Shown here piece by piece: positions 9,373-18,591 of a stretch of 64,000 nucleotides of DNA. Numbering within the stretch: the stretch's first letter is position 1; every line of letters starts with the position of its first letter. Origin of the DNA: a virus (lineage: Duplodnaviria > Caudoviricetes); the IMG/VR virus record IMGVR_UViG_3300026159_000398; one strand, 5' to 3'. The notes below the pieces were generated by a model. The model saw nothing but the letters and a program-made list of their open reading frames with translations, had not been told where the DNA came from and made no database searches. The position numbers were made by a program, and so were the translations under genes.

Positions 9373-10932
9373 TTATTCTAAAATAATTTGGTCATTTTCA
9401 CATAATTGTCCGGCCATTATTTTTATTTGTTTGCCGTCACGAATAACATCAATTTCATAAATTTCCAAAAAATCATGTGTCTCGCCGTTTTCATCAACAA
9501 CTAAAATATGGTCAAATAGTTTACTTTCGTCTAAAAAACGAGAAAATGGTAATCCTTCTCCAGTAGTATCCCATCTCTCATCGAATGGATTTATTTTATG
9601 AAGATCAAGCGCAAAGGCAATTAAACTTCCAGCAACAGAACCACGACCAGCACCTATGGCGATATTCTGACTTCTTGCATAATTGACCAAATCAACTAAA
9701 ATAAGAAAATACGTTTCGAACTGAAAACGTTTGATGACGCTTAATTCATATTTGATGCGATCAACATACTTGCGTTCAACAAGATTTTTCTTTTTCATTC
9801 CTTCTTTAATGAGCTGAATGAATCTTTCTTTAGCATTATCAATGATAGGCAGTTTCAAATCAACATTGAATTCAATTGATTCTACTTTTTCATAAATTTC
9901 AGAATTGTTTTTATAAAGCTCTTCAACCACAGGAACCAATTCTTTATGATGCTTCTTGATTTCTTTTTCGATGTCTTTAAAACTCTTAAAGAAAATAGAA
10001 TCACTTGAGAATGTCCAGACCCGAGACACTTCATCAACCGAAACAATTGTCTCTTTGCCAATAACCTGTCCTTCTTTTAGATCTTTGACAGGAATTTTAC
10101 GGAACAATTCGTTTTCAGGGTCTTTGAATTTCTTGGTCTTGCGCTCGCCATTTTTATTTTCATAAACGATCTTGAGGTCAATTTTACCAAGATCTGTTCT
10201 TGACTGGCGATTTTGCAGAAGAAGAAGATCTTGATGAGTGTCTGCATCTTTAGGGTCAAGATAATGTGAATCACACCCGATTAAAATCTTTGTCTTGGTT
10301 TTTTCTGCGGCTTCAAGAATCAGTTTGTTTAATTTCTTTTGTTCTTTTATTCCATTAGCTTGGACTTCAAGATAAAAGTCATCACCAAATTGTTCTTTCA
10401 TCATATCAATGTATTCGTAGATATCTTTGCCTTGTTCATTCCAACGATTTATTGGTCCAGCCAAACAAGCAGTTGAAACTATTATTCCTTCTTTATTGGC
10501 AAATAAAGTTGTGTAGTCCACAAGAGGACGACTGTAAAAGAAATTTACATACGCATCATTGGCGATTTTGATTATGTTGTATAAACCAGTTTGATTCTTA
10601 GCGATGAGAATCAAATGGTGTGCTTCACTTTTCAGAAGGTCACGTTTCTCGGCAATCTTCTTTTTAAGTTTTGCATCTGTTTCATGATGGGATTCATCGA
10701 CCACCTTCAGCAATACTTCGCGTTGTTGATTGACATATACTTCAACACCAAACATAGCTTTCACGTCGTGTTGTTTGGCTAACTTCATATATTCAGGCCA
10801 GCCACTTATAACACCGTGATCGGTAATAACCCACGCCTCACCAAATTCTTTGGATTTTTTAATTATGTCCTCAATTTTCATGAGGCCATCACGAGCTGAA
10901 AACTGTGTATGAATATGTGTATGTGTAAACAT
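9373..10932 (-). CDS. dnaE: DNA polymerase III alpha (DnaE), N-terminal PHP part of a split gene
   Basis: HTHIHTQFS.RDG, ITDHG, FGVEVY, HLILIAKN, DSHY, YFLIL, GAGRGSVAGSL, LPFSRFL. Confidence 0.93.
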   Translation of the reverse strand: MFTHTHIHTQFSARDGLMKIEDIIKKSKEFGEAWVITDHGVISGWPEYMKLAKQHDVKAMFGVEVYVNQQREVLLKVVDESHHETDAKLKKKIAEKRDLLKSEAHHLILIAKNQTGLYNIIKIANDAYVNFFYSRPLVDYTTLFANKEGIIVSTACLAGPINRWNEQGKDIYEYIDMMKEQFGDDFYLEVQANGIKEQKKLNKLILEAAEKTKTKILIGCDSHYLDPKDADTHQDLLLLQNRQSRTDLGKIDLKIVYENKNGERKTKKFKDPENELFRKIPVKDLKEGQVIGKETIVSVDEVSRVWTFSSDSIFFKSFKDIEKEIKKHHKELVPVVEELYKNNSEIYEKVESIEFNVDLKLPIIDNAKERFIQLIKEGMKKKNLVERKYVDRIKYELSVIKRFQFETYFLILVDLVNYARSQNIAIGAGRGSVAGSLIAFALDLHKINPFDERWDTTGEGLPFSRFLDESKLFDHILVVDENGETHDFLEIYEIDVIRDGKQIKIMAGQLCENDQIILE

Positions 10933-10937
10933 GTAGA

Positions 10938-10968
10938 ATTATATTTCGGAGGAAGGCTGTTTATTTAG
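10938..10968 (-). promoter_or_regulatory. phage promoter CTAAA-N20-TATAAT, probably leaderless for dnaE-N
   Basis: TATAAT ends 5 nt before the ATG at 10932; no SD. Confidence 0.7.
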
Positions 10969-10970
10969 AA

Positions 10971-11001
10971 AAAAATAGCCCGAATTGCTTCGGGCTATTT
11001 T
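10971..11001 (-). terminator. intrinsic terminator
   Basis: AAAATAGCCCGAA/TTCGGGCTATTTT hairpin with T-tracts. Confidence 0.85.
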
Positions 11002-11030
11002 ATTATTCAAATTTGAATAGTAAGCTTTTG

Positions 11031-11318
11031 TTATGCTATTGTTCCGATTTGCCATGCAATAGTAATAACGTCGTCTGCTGCCAATGTGGTATCACCGTTA
11101 CCAAGAGTAATACAACCAGTTGTACCACTATAGGAAGCCGTAGCGCCATTTTTTTGTTTTCCAGTTGAATCAACATGACCAACCATGAAAACAACATCAT
11201 CAGTGCTAGGAAGAACTTCTGAAGGTAACAGTTGGATAACTACTGCATTAGCGCTATCTTCTGCAGCAGTAACAGTATGAACAACTATGAAAGGTTTTTG
11301 AAAAATTTGAGCTTGCAT
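11031..11318 (-). CDS. small virion (decoration-like) protein
   Basis: Beta-rich; resembles the C-terminal domain of 11358-12749 (DS.GK.K.G...LA.DDV.TI). Confidence 0.6.
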   Translation of the reverse strand: MQAQIFQKPFIVVHTVTAAEDSANAVVIQLLPSEVLPSTDDVVFMVGHVDSTGKQKNGATASYSGTTGCITLGNGDTTLAADDVITIAWQIGTIA

Positions 11319-11357
11319 TATAATATGACCTCTTTAATTATTTGAATTTATTTTTTC

Positions 11358-12749
11358 TTAATACATTGCACCCAATATGGTTACAACGTCATCAATGGCC
11401 AATTCTTTGGTGGCGGCATCGTCTGAAACTACTATGTAACCTGCGCTAGCGCCAGTTTTATAGAAGTTAAAACATAATCCTGTTTTTTCTTTGCCTGCAG
11501 AATCTTGGACGTAAGGAATAAAAATCATATCTTCTGTGTCATCAAGAAGATCTGAGTCTATTTCTAGACCAAAATTTCCACCTTTACCAGCAACAGCAGT
11601 TTCCAAAGTTGGAGTATATGTGGTTCCAAGAGCGTCAATCGCTGCCAATATACCATTGGAAGCTCCATCTGTTATTGCAATAGCAGAAGAATCACCTTGT
11701 TCTTGAGTAACATCGGCCATCACTTTGATTTTGCCATTAACAATAGTAACTGTTTCAGAATGAGTTGTGGCAGCACGAAGCGATGTTTGAATTTTTCCAA
11801 CAATAGTTGTCCATGTATCGGAGTCTGTTCCGGTATATGTTGCGGCAGTCATACCAAAATCTGATACAAGAGGCGTATTAGTTCCATCTACCAATGTAAA
11901 GGAATGTGTGGAACCGGTCGCCAATCGATTTATTTTGACATGAGTAACTGTTCCAGCAACAGCTTCAACGTCACCATCAATTCCAGCAGTGGCAAATGCC
12001 GCGTTAATTTCTGCAAGTGTAGCGGCCAAGTCTGCATTATTACCAACAAGAGTAATTGTTTCTGGAGTTCCACCATCAATAGCGATTGTGAAACTTGCGT
12101 TTGTTGAAGTAACTCCAGTATATGTAGCGGCAGTAAGACCAAGAACTGTCAAAGCGGTTGCTCCAGCTCCGCCACCTTGTGCAAGAATAAAACTGTTGTT
12201 GGCTCCTGTGTTTTTGTGACGAATTGTAACTTTGTTTGTGTCTCCGACAACAGCTTCAACATCACTATCAATTCCTTCAGTGACGAATTCAGCATTGATC
12301 TCAGCAAGAATTGCGGCAAGATCAGCATCATTAGCGGCAAGATTGATGGTTTTTACATCGCCTTGAACTCCAGCTGTCGTTACGCGAATTGTGAATGAAT
12401 CTGCATTTCCACCAGAAAAATCATGACCACCACTTAAATCAATACTTCCAGTATGGCTAGCAGCAGAAGCAGCAACACTGTAATCTTTTCCGCCTGATGC
12501 ATCAACACTACCTTCATGGGAAGCTGCATCCAATCCGACAACGCTAACTGAAAGTGCATCATGTGCTACACCATCAACTTCAATATTGATAGTATATGCG
12601 CCAGTTGCTAATCCTGAAGCAAGAGCTCCAGTAAACAATCCCAATGAACCTGAGTTACTTATTTGTTGATACCCTGCCAAGTCCACATCCAAAGCATCAA
12701 CCTTTTTACGTACCAAAAATGTATTTCCGTAAATAGTCGCTTGTGACAT
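11358..12749 (-). CDS. virion structural protein with internal repeats
   Basis: Ala/Gly/Thr/Asp-rich; repeated FTI...TI.L...ADLAA.LAEINA.F...GID.DVEAV units. Confidence 0.7.
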   Translation of the reverse strand: MSQATIYGNTFLVRKKVDALDVDLAGYQQISNSGSLGLFTGALASGLATGAYTINIEVDGVAHDALSVSVVGLDAASHEGSVDASGGKDYSVAASAASHTGSIDLSGGHDFSGGNADSFTIRVTTAGVQGDVKTINLAANDADLAAILAEINAEFVTEGIDSDVEAVVGDTNKVTIRHKNTGANNSFILAQGGGAGATALTVLGLTAATYTGVTSTNASFTIAIDGGTPETITLVGNNADLAATLAEINAAFATAGIDGDVEAVAGTVTHVKINRLATGSTHSFTLVDGTNTPLVSDFGMTAATYTGTDSDTWTTIVGKIQTSLRAATTHSETVTIVNGKIKVMADVTQEQGDSSAIAITDGASNGILAAIDALGTTYTPTLETAVAGKGGNFGLEIDSDLLDDTEDMIFIPYVQDSAGKEKTGLCFNFYKTGASAGYIVVSDDAATKELAIDDVVTILGAMY

Positions 12750-12775
12750 TATAATACCTCTTAAAATTTATTTCG

Positions 12776-13546
12776 TTATATGTAGATTTTATTCAAATAC
12801 ATATTTAATAACGATTTTGACTCGACCAACTCGCCCACTACAATGCCAACTTCTTCCATCATTTTAATTGATCTTTCGCCATAAGGCTGATTTTTGATAT
12901 TAACAATAAACCACTTGAGAGCTTCTGGACGAACTTCTTGAAGTAAATCAAGATTTTCGCCAATCACATCTAAGTAACTTTTGTCAAATTTTGGATTTTT
13001 AAACTTGGCAAGCAATTTAAAAAATCGCATGATCATGATGGGGTTCTTGTTTATTTCCGTTTCAGGGTCACTAACAAATTTGATTCTTTGTTCTTTCAAA
13101 TCCTTTTGACCATTAAGTGGGTCATAAATCTTGCCATCACGCGTCATTGACATTGAATTGACCGTAAAGTCTCTTTTGTGAGCATCATTATCCCAGTTGG
13201 CATCTTGTGAGATAGTGATTTTGTGGTCTTTCACGACGATACTGAAGTCAAGAGCACTTATTTCATATTGCTCATTTTCATCAAGAGCAATGATGGCAGT
13301 TCCGTGTCTTATACCCGGAACAACCACTGCTTCTCTTGTTTTGGCTAAAGTATCGAGGATGAAGATAATTTCGGTAGGTGTTGCATCAACAGCAAGATCG
13401 ACGTCTCGTGGCGTTTCTCCGAGTAAAAGATCTCGGATGGCGCCACCTACTATACGAATTTCAAAACCATATTTCTTAAATTCGTCAAAAAGTTTGGTCA
13501 ACCCTGGTGTAAAAATGCTCTCCAGTGCATGAGAATCTATCTTCAT
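12776..13546 (-). CDS. CCA-adding tRNA nucleotidyltransferase / poly(A) polymerase family
   Basis: IVGGAIRDLLLG..PRDVDLA, DAHKRDFTVNSM, IYDPLNGQKDL. Confidence 0.9.
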   Translation of the reverse strand: MKIDSHALESIFTPGLTKLFDEFKKYGFEIRIVGGAIRDLLLGETPRDVDLAVDATPTEIIFILDTLAKTREAVVVPGIRHGTAIIALDENEQYEISALDFSIVVKDHKITISQDANWDNDAHKRDFTVNSMSMTRDGKIYDPLNGQKDLKEQRIKFVSDPETEINKNPIMIMRFFKLLAKFKNPKFDKSYLDVIGENLDLLQEVRPEALKWFIVNIKNQPYGERSIKMMEEVGIVVGELVESKSLLNMYLNKIYI

Positions 13547-13597
13547 TCTGTCCTCGTGACAATTTCTTTGTAGATATATTTGCTACTGGAGGTTTAT

Positions 13598-14077
13598 TTA
13601 TTTACTTTTTTTGGTTAATCCGGAAGAGCCGAAGCCACCCAGACCGCGTTTTGTATCAGCCGATACTAACGATTTTATGAGTTTGACGCGTGTGAAAACA
13701 GGCATCACAACAACTTGGCAGATCTTTTCATTGACTTTGATTTCAACCTCATTATTTGTATAATTATGAATGGTTGCACCAATGAAATTGCGATAGCCAT
13801 TATCAATAGTTCCAAGACTGACTTCTACGCCCGCTTTACTTCTTCCGCTTTTTGGACGAACTTGAAGTTCAACGGATAATCCGAGAAGTTTCATCCACCA
13901 TGGACGTGGTATGGCGAATTTCACATTAAGATCGATTGTGACTCTTTCTCCTGGCAAAATTCGAACGGAAACTGGTGCGTAAATATCAAAACCGCTGTCT
14001 GAATCTGGATGAGCATATTCAGGCTGATGGATATTTAGCATTTCGGCAAAGCTACTTTGTTCAAAAAGAATCTTCAT
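13598..14077 (-). CDS. dut: dUTPase
   Basis: DSGFDI, RPKSG, GTIDNGYR, KICQ, RGLGGFGSSG. Confidence 0.93.
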   Translation of the reverse strand: MKILFEQSSFAEMLNIHQPEYAHPDSDSGFDIYAPVSVRILPGERVTIDLNVKFAIPRPWWMKLLGLSVELQVRPKSGRSKAGVEVSLGTIDNGYRNFIGATIHNYTNNEVEIKVNEKICQVVVMPVFTRVKLIKSLVSADTKRGLGGFGSSGLTKKSK

Positions 14078-14102
14078 GTTTTACTCCTATAACTCTCTCT
14101 TT

Positions 14103-14372
14103 TTATAATCTTACGCGAACGAATTGTTTGACCATGGTGAGTTCTTTTTCAAACGTAAAAACGTTGACTTGACGAACTCCACCAACATTGATAATTTCAC
14201 GACTTTTGTCGTATTCTGCCTGCAGTTTGTCTGCATCTTCCATCAAAGTCGGACGTTGTGCTTTAATAGAAGTTTTGCGAAGAGTTTCAATGGCCGTTTC
14301 TGTTAGGCCACGTTTATCCTCTTTTCCTCTCCAATTTACGGTTACCATCGCTTTTGCTTTTTCCATATTCAC
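14103..14372 (-). CDS. hypothetical protein
   Basis: ORF with AAGGAG RBS in the gene chain. Confidence 0.55.
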   Translation of the reverse strand: MNMEKAKAMVTVNWRGKEDKRGLTETAIETLRKTSIKAQRPTLMEDADKLQAEYDKSREIINVGGVRQVNVFTFEKELTMVKQFVRVRL

Positions 14373-14375
14373 TCC

Positions 14376-15128
14376 TTAATCTGTCATGAAGACTCGCAGA
14401 TCAATAATCTGCTTTGCAATTTGATTATCTTGCTCCAAAGCCGAACCCTCAAGTATCATCATATCTTTGAGGTCTCCACCTTTGGCAGTGGGTTTCTTTT
14501 CATCAATAATTAAATGATGAAATTCTGAATAGTGATATTTAAGTTTGAAGTGTTGAACATTTTCGATAGCAAATCCTTTACGATTGCCAAGATCGCGAAA
14601 TGTTATTCCTTCAAACATCTCATGATAAATCGCGTCAATAAGTTGTTTATTTGCTTCACGAGTTATTGTGAGATATTTATAAATCTCATTGATAGCAGTA
14701 TAAGCCATTTGAACAGTAACAAGATGATTGATGTATTGTTTGCGTTGTTTAGCATCAAAACCAAGTGATTCAATCTCAAACCATTTGCGTGTCATTTCTG
14801 CTTCTACTGGAATGAATTTCTTTTTATTCATTTCGTAATAGGTTTTGAATTGCATGAAAAGATTTTCGACTGCAAATTCACCTATGTCCCATGGAACATA
14901 ATACTTATGATTTGCGTTCAGCTTTTTGCGGAGATTTCCCCAATGCCATTTACTGATCACATTGAAGAAAAACCAACTGTTGCAGCCATACCACCATTTA
15001 CGAATTTTTGGAATGGCGTAAAAAACAATAAAATCAAGAAGGCAAAGACCGATGATAATGTAAATCACTATCATGAAAACCGAAAAAACAGGAGTTGCCA
15101 TAAATGCATTCAAAAGAAGAGGGTCCAT
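14376..15128 (-). CDS. membrane-anchored hypothetical protein
   Basis: N-terminal hydrophobic helix. Confidence 0.65.
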   Translation of the reverse strand: MDPLLLNAFMATPVFSVFMIVIYIIIGLCLLDFIVFYAIPKIRKWWYGCNSWFFFNVISKWHWGNLRKKLNANHKYYVPWDIGEFAVENLFMQFKTYYEMNKKKFIPVEAEMTRKWFEIESLGFDAKQRKQYINHLVTVQMAYTAINEIYKYLTITREANKQLIDAIYHEMFEGITFRDLGNRKGFAIENVQHFKLKYHYSEFHHLIIDEKKPTAKGGDLKDMMILEGSALEQDNQIAKQIIDLRVFMTD

Positions 15129-15422
15129 TTATACTACCTCGATTTTGGATTTATTAGCCGCATCCCACATTTCCAGAACATGTTTCGAATTGATGTCATA
15201 AGTCTGCTGAAAAGCTTTTTTGAATTCAAGATACGTGGTAAGATTGTCTCTTTGCAGTGACATCAAAAATGATTCGAACATCTTAACGGTATTGTCGTAT
15301 TCCTGTTTGAGAATCGTTTCCAGTTCGTCGCGTTTGAATGTACGCAGCCACATTTGAATATTGATATTGGTGAACCAGCGGTCCATAAAATCCCGCATTA
15401 TCACATCACCGTTGATCTGCAT
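15129..15422 (-). CDS. hypothetical protein
   Basis: ORF behind the promoter at 15451-15481, AGGAG RBS. Confidence 0.6.
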   Translation of the reverse strand: MQINGDVIMRDFMDRWFTNINIQMWLRTFKRDELETILKQEYDNTVKMFESFLMSLQRDNLTTYLEFKKAFQQTYDINSKHVLEMWDAANKSKIEVV

Positions 15423-15450
15423 TATGTTTCTCCTAAATATTTGATAAGTA

Positions 15451-15481
15451 ATTATATTCTTTAGACAAAAGAATTGTTTAG
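15451..15481 (-). promoter_or_regulatory. phage promoter CTAAA-N20-TATAAT
   Basis: Exact motif and spacing. Confidence 0.7.
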
Positions 15482-15540
15482 GGTTAATATATAAATGTAC
15501 AATTTTTTCATTTTGGACTAATATAATTCAATAGGAAAAC

Positions 15541-15966
15541 GTGATGAAAAAGAATTTCGTTGAATACCTTGGCAAGCAAATTCCAGTGCCAAAAATAAAA
15601 ACAAAACCTGAAGAGCAAACAATCCAAGAGGATGTCCATGAAGACATTCTTCTGGCGGAGCAGACTCCAGCAGACATGGCAAATGCTTCACATACATCTA
15701 TGACTATTGAAGTTCCACCTGAACCAGTCGCTCCTCCAACGGTTGTTCAAACCAATAAAGAAGTTTCTGATAGTGTGCTAGAAAGTCTCGTTGTAATGTT
15801 GAATCAAATATTACAAGAGTTGGCTGCTATCCATCAAAAACTTGACGCTCAAAAAACCACAACTGAAGAAGTTGAATCCGCACCAAAGAAAAGAAAAATC
15901 ATGCTTGTTTATGCCGATGACGACCCAAAGAGAATTATCGGCGCAAATGTTATTGATGAGGAATAA
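15541..15966 (+). CDS. hypothetical protein
   Basis: First gene of a divergent plus-strand block. Confidence 0.65.
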   Translation: MMKKNFVEYLGKQIPVPKIKTKPEEQTIQEDVHEDILLAEQTPADMANASHTSMTIEVPPEPVAPPTVVQTNKEVSDSVLESLVVMLNQILQELAAIHQKLDAQKTTTEEVESAPKKRKIMLVYADDDPKRIIGANVIDEE

Positions 15967-15968
15967 TC

Positions 15969-16400
15969 ATGCCAAAATCTACTTCTGCTTGTAATAGTAT
16001 TCTTGCTTTAATTTTCAATGCCACTGCATGGGCCGATCTGGCCCAAAATGATGGCTCCGGCCCATTAACAAATCTTTATGTTGCTCTTCATACTGCTGAC
16101 CCATCAGCTGGCGATCAAACTACAAGTGAAGCTACATACGGCGGTTATGCTCGTCAAGCAGTTGTTCGCACAACTAGTGGATGGGCGGCACCAAGTGGTG
16201 GTTCAACTCACAACGAAGGAGTCATTCAATTTCCTGAATGCTCAGGCGGAAATGAAACAATCACACATGTTTCTATTGGCACATTAGTTTCAGGCGCTGG
16301 AGTTATTTTATACAGTGGAGCTCTCACAACTCCTAGAGCAATTTCTTCTGGAGTTGTTGCTCAATTTTTAGCTAGCGCACTTTCAGTTACTGAGAGTTAA
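15969..16400 (+). CDS. phage virion/tail-associated protein
   Basis: LYVALHTADP...E.TYGGYARQAV...FP...TITH..I....G..LYSGAL, a common phage structural pattern. Confidence 0.8.
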   Translation: MPKSTSACNSILALIFNATAWADLAQNDGSGPLTNLYVALHTADPSAGDQTTSEATYGGYARQAVVRTTSGWAAPSGGSTHNEGVIQFPECSGGNETITHVSIGTLVSGAGVILYSGALTTPRAISSGVVAQFLASALSVTES

Positions 16401-16401
16401 T

Positions 16402-16560
16402 ATGCAACACGTTGGATATATCTGTCAAGTATGTCATAGACCAGTTTTAGTTGACACAAACGGAAAATTTACAAAAACCTGCTCATGCACTAACAACGTG
16501 ATCATAGCAAATCTTGAAGCCAATTTATTTGGTCAAGGTTCACTCAATAAGGAAAAATAA
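16402..16560 (+). CDS. small Cys-containing protein (not in ORF track)
   Basis: MQHVGYICQVCHRPVLVDTNGKFTKTCSCTNNVIIANLEANLFGQGSLNKEK; its stop overlaps the next ATG (TAATG). Confidence 0.6.
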   Translation: MQHVGYICQVCHRPVLVDTNGKFTKTCSCTNNVIIANLEANLFGQGSLNKEK

Positions 16561-18179
16561 TGGCACTCGTAGCGTATTTTCCCGCTGATGAAGGTAGCGG
16601 CGCAATTCTCCATGATACTGCTAATGGACATAATCTCACACGTTCTGGTGGTGATTTAGGATGGGTTGCAGGTCATGGCGATCATACTTACGCTTTTTCT
16701 CCAATAACCAACAGTCTTCCATCATATCCTGAAACACAAGCATTTGAGTGGGGTGGAGCAACAAATGGTGGACCATTTTCTTTCGCATGTTGGCTCAATA
16801 GACGAAGCACAGCAATGGGTCCAATTCTTGCAGTTGAACAGGGTGGTGTACACTACCTTAGAAATGGTTCTACTTATATTGATTTGCCAAGTGGTGCCGA
16901 TGGTCTTCCAATGGAAACTTGGTTCCATTTTGCTTTTGTAGTTACTGAAACAACATACACATATTACGTAAATGGTGTTGCTATTTACTCTGGCGCAATG
17001 AGTGGTTTTACACATTATTTAACCATTCAACTTGGTGCCTTCAGCGACGCTTACATGTTTCCTGGTTACTTCAATGACCTTTATTTCTTTGACCATGCAT
17101 TAACTGACTTTGAAGTAGACCAAGTCATGAATAATGCTTGGACTGGAACTGATGTTGATATTTATGAAAGTTTTGAAGTTGCCACATTAGCAACTGGATT
17201 AACTGAAATTGATACTGATGGCGTTCTTTCTTTTCCAAACCATACGCAATTCAAATCTGGATATTATTCAGCTCAATTTAATAATGATGGTGCTGGACAT
17301 GATGCCACAATAAGAGCCTATCCACTCGCAATTACTTCAGACCATGTTTCTGTTGGTTTATGGTATAGAACTGGTGATGGTTCAACTATTCCTGATTATG
17401 GTTACGGGCCATTAGTTTTGTCAATGGGTTATATGCCAGTAACTGGCGGCGGTTTTTTAAATGTCAACGATATAAAAGATACTGGCGATAATCATAGATG
17501 TCTTCGTGCAAGCTTCAGACAAAATGATGATTCATGGCTCTATACTGATTATAATAATCCAGCAAATAATTCATGGTTTTGGATAACAGCACAATACAAT
17601 CGCAATGGAACTTCTTATGTAAGAATTTATGATGCCGATCTTGTTTTACTTGCTGATATCAGTCAACCTCTTCGTGATTATCCATGTGATTTTATAAGTT
17701 TTGGTGGTTCATACGGCTACACAACACCAACGTACATTGATGGAATCATGATTGATTATACTAATGCTGCATTTCCTCTGCACAATTGGTATGAATCTGC
17801 GACGTATGTTGAGATAACCGCGTCTTTAAGTGGTAGTGGTGCTCTCACAGCTGATTTGAATACATATATTCGAACGACAGTCAACATGGAAGCCAATTTA
17901 GTTGGTGCTGGCGATATTACAGTTGCGAGTGTTCAACGTCTTTATGAACTTCCAGGAAATACCACACCTGCAGATTTGACGCTTGATGGAATGGTCTACG
18001 ATGATCTTTCATTGCGTGAAGCTATTAAAGTTTTGTTGGCAGTAAATGCTGGAAAGTCTCGCGGAGGTAATACAAATAGTATTACATTTCGCGATATCAA
18101 TGACACCAAAGATAAAGTGTCTGCAACTGTTGATAGTAATGGCAATCGCTCTAACGTGGTCATAAATAAAGACGTCTAA
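16560..18179 (+). CDS. LamG/concanavalin-like domain virion protein
   Basis: LVAYFPADEGSG...FSFACW...WFHFAFV...YVNG...DLYFFDHALT. Confidence 0.75.
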   Translation: MALVAYFPADEGSGAILHDTANGHNLTRSGGDLGWVAGHGDHTYAFSPITNSLPSYPETQAFEWGGATNGGPFSFACWLNRRSTAMGPILAVEQGGVHYLRNGSTYIDLPSGADGLPMETWFHFAFVVTETTYTYYVNGVAIYSGAMSGFTHYLTIQLGAFSDAYMFPGYFNDLYFFDHALTDFEVDQVMNNAWTGTDVDIYESFEVATLATGLTEIDTDGVLSFPNHTQFKSGYYSAQFNNDGAGHDATIRAYPLAITSDHVSVGLWYRTGDGSTIPDYGYGPLVLSMGYMPVTGGGFLNVNDIKDTGDNHRCLRASFRQNDDSWLYTDYNNPANNSWFWITAQYNRNGTSYVRIYDADLVLLADISQPLRDYPCDFISFGGSYGYTTPTYIDGIMIDYTNAAFPLHNWYESATYVEITASLSGSGALTADLNTYIRTTVNMEANLVGAGDITVASVQRLYELPGNTTPADLTLDGMVYDDLSLREAIKVLLAVNAGKSRGGNTNSITFRDINDTKDKVSATVDSNGNRSNVVINKDV

Positions 18180-18180
18180 T

Positions 18181-18591
18181 ATGGGATATTTTCCAAATAA
18201 CTTCTTTCCTCAAAATTTCTTGCCTCAAAATTTCTGGCCAACATGGCAGCAGGCAACTGTTGTTGTGCCACAATTTGTACAACCAACTGGTGGTGGAGTT
18301 CTTTACACGCCAGTAAATGATATTTTTGACGGCAAAATAGACGATAGTTATAGTCGTTTTAAAGAAAAGAAAAAAGAAGAATTTGAGACGGAAGAAGTTG
18401 TGATTATGAAAATGATCACCATGCTAGATGCTATAAAACCAGTCAAAAAGAAAAAGAAAGCTGTAGTGCAAGAAAATAACGAACGCCAGATCATCGAACT
18501 TATTGACAATCTGGCGTCCATTAAAAACTCCTATAACTCTCAAGACAAAGAAGATTTACAACCTCTCCTTTATATCCTCAGTGCACTGTAG
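18181..18591 (+). CDS. hypothetical protein with N-terminal FP.NF repeats
   Basis: YFPNNFFPQNFLPQNFWP. Confidence 0.6.
   Translation: MGYFPNNFFPQNFLPQNFWPTWQQATVVVPQFVQPTGGGVLYTPVNDIFDGKIDDSYSRFKEKKKEEFETEEVVIMKMITMLDAIKPVKKKKKAVVQENNERQIIELIDNLASIKNSYNSQDKEDLQPLLYILSAL

Noticed and set aside
5939-9373. Group I intron or functional split intein joining the dnaE halves
   Set aside because: I see no group I core elements or room for them between the ORFs, and no TxxH or HN-[C/S/T] intein junction residues.
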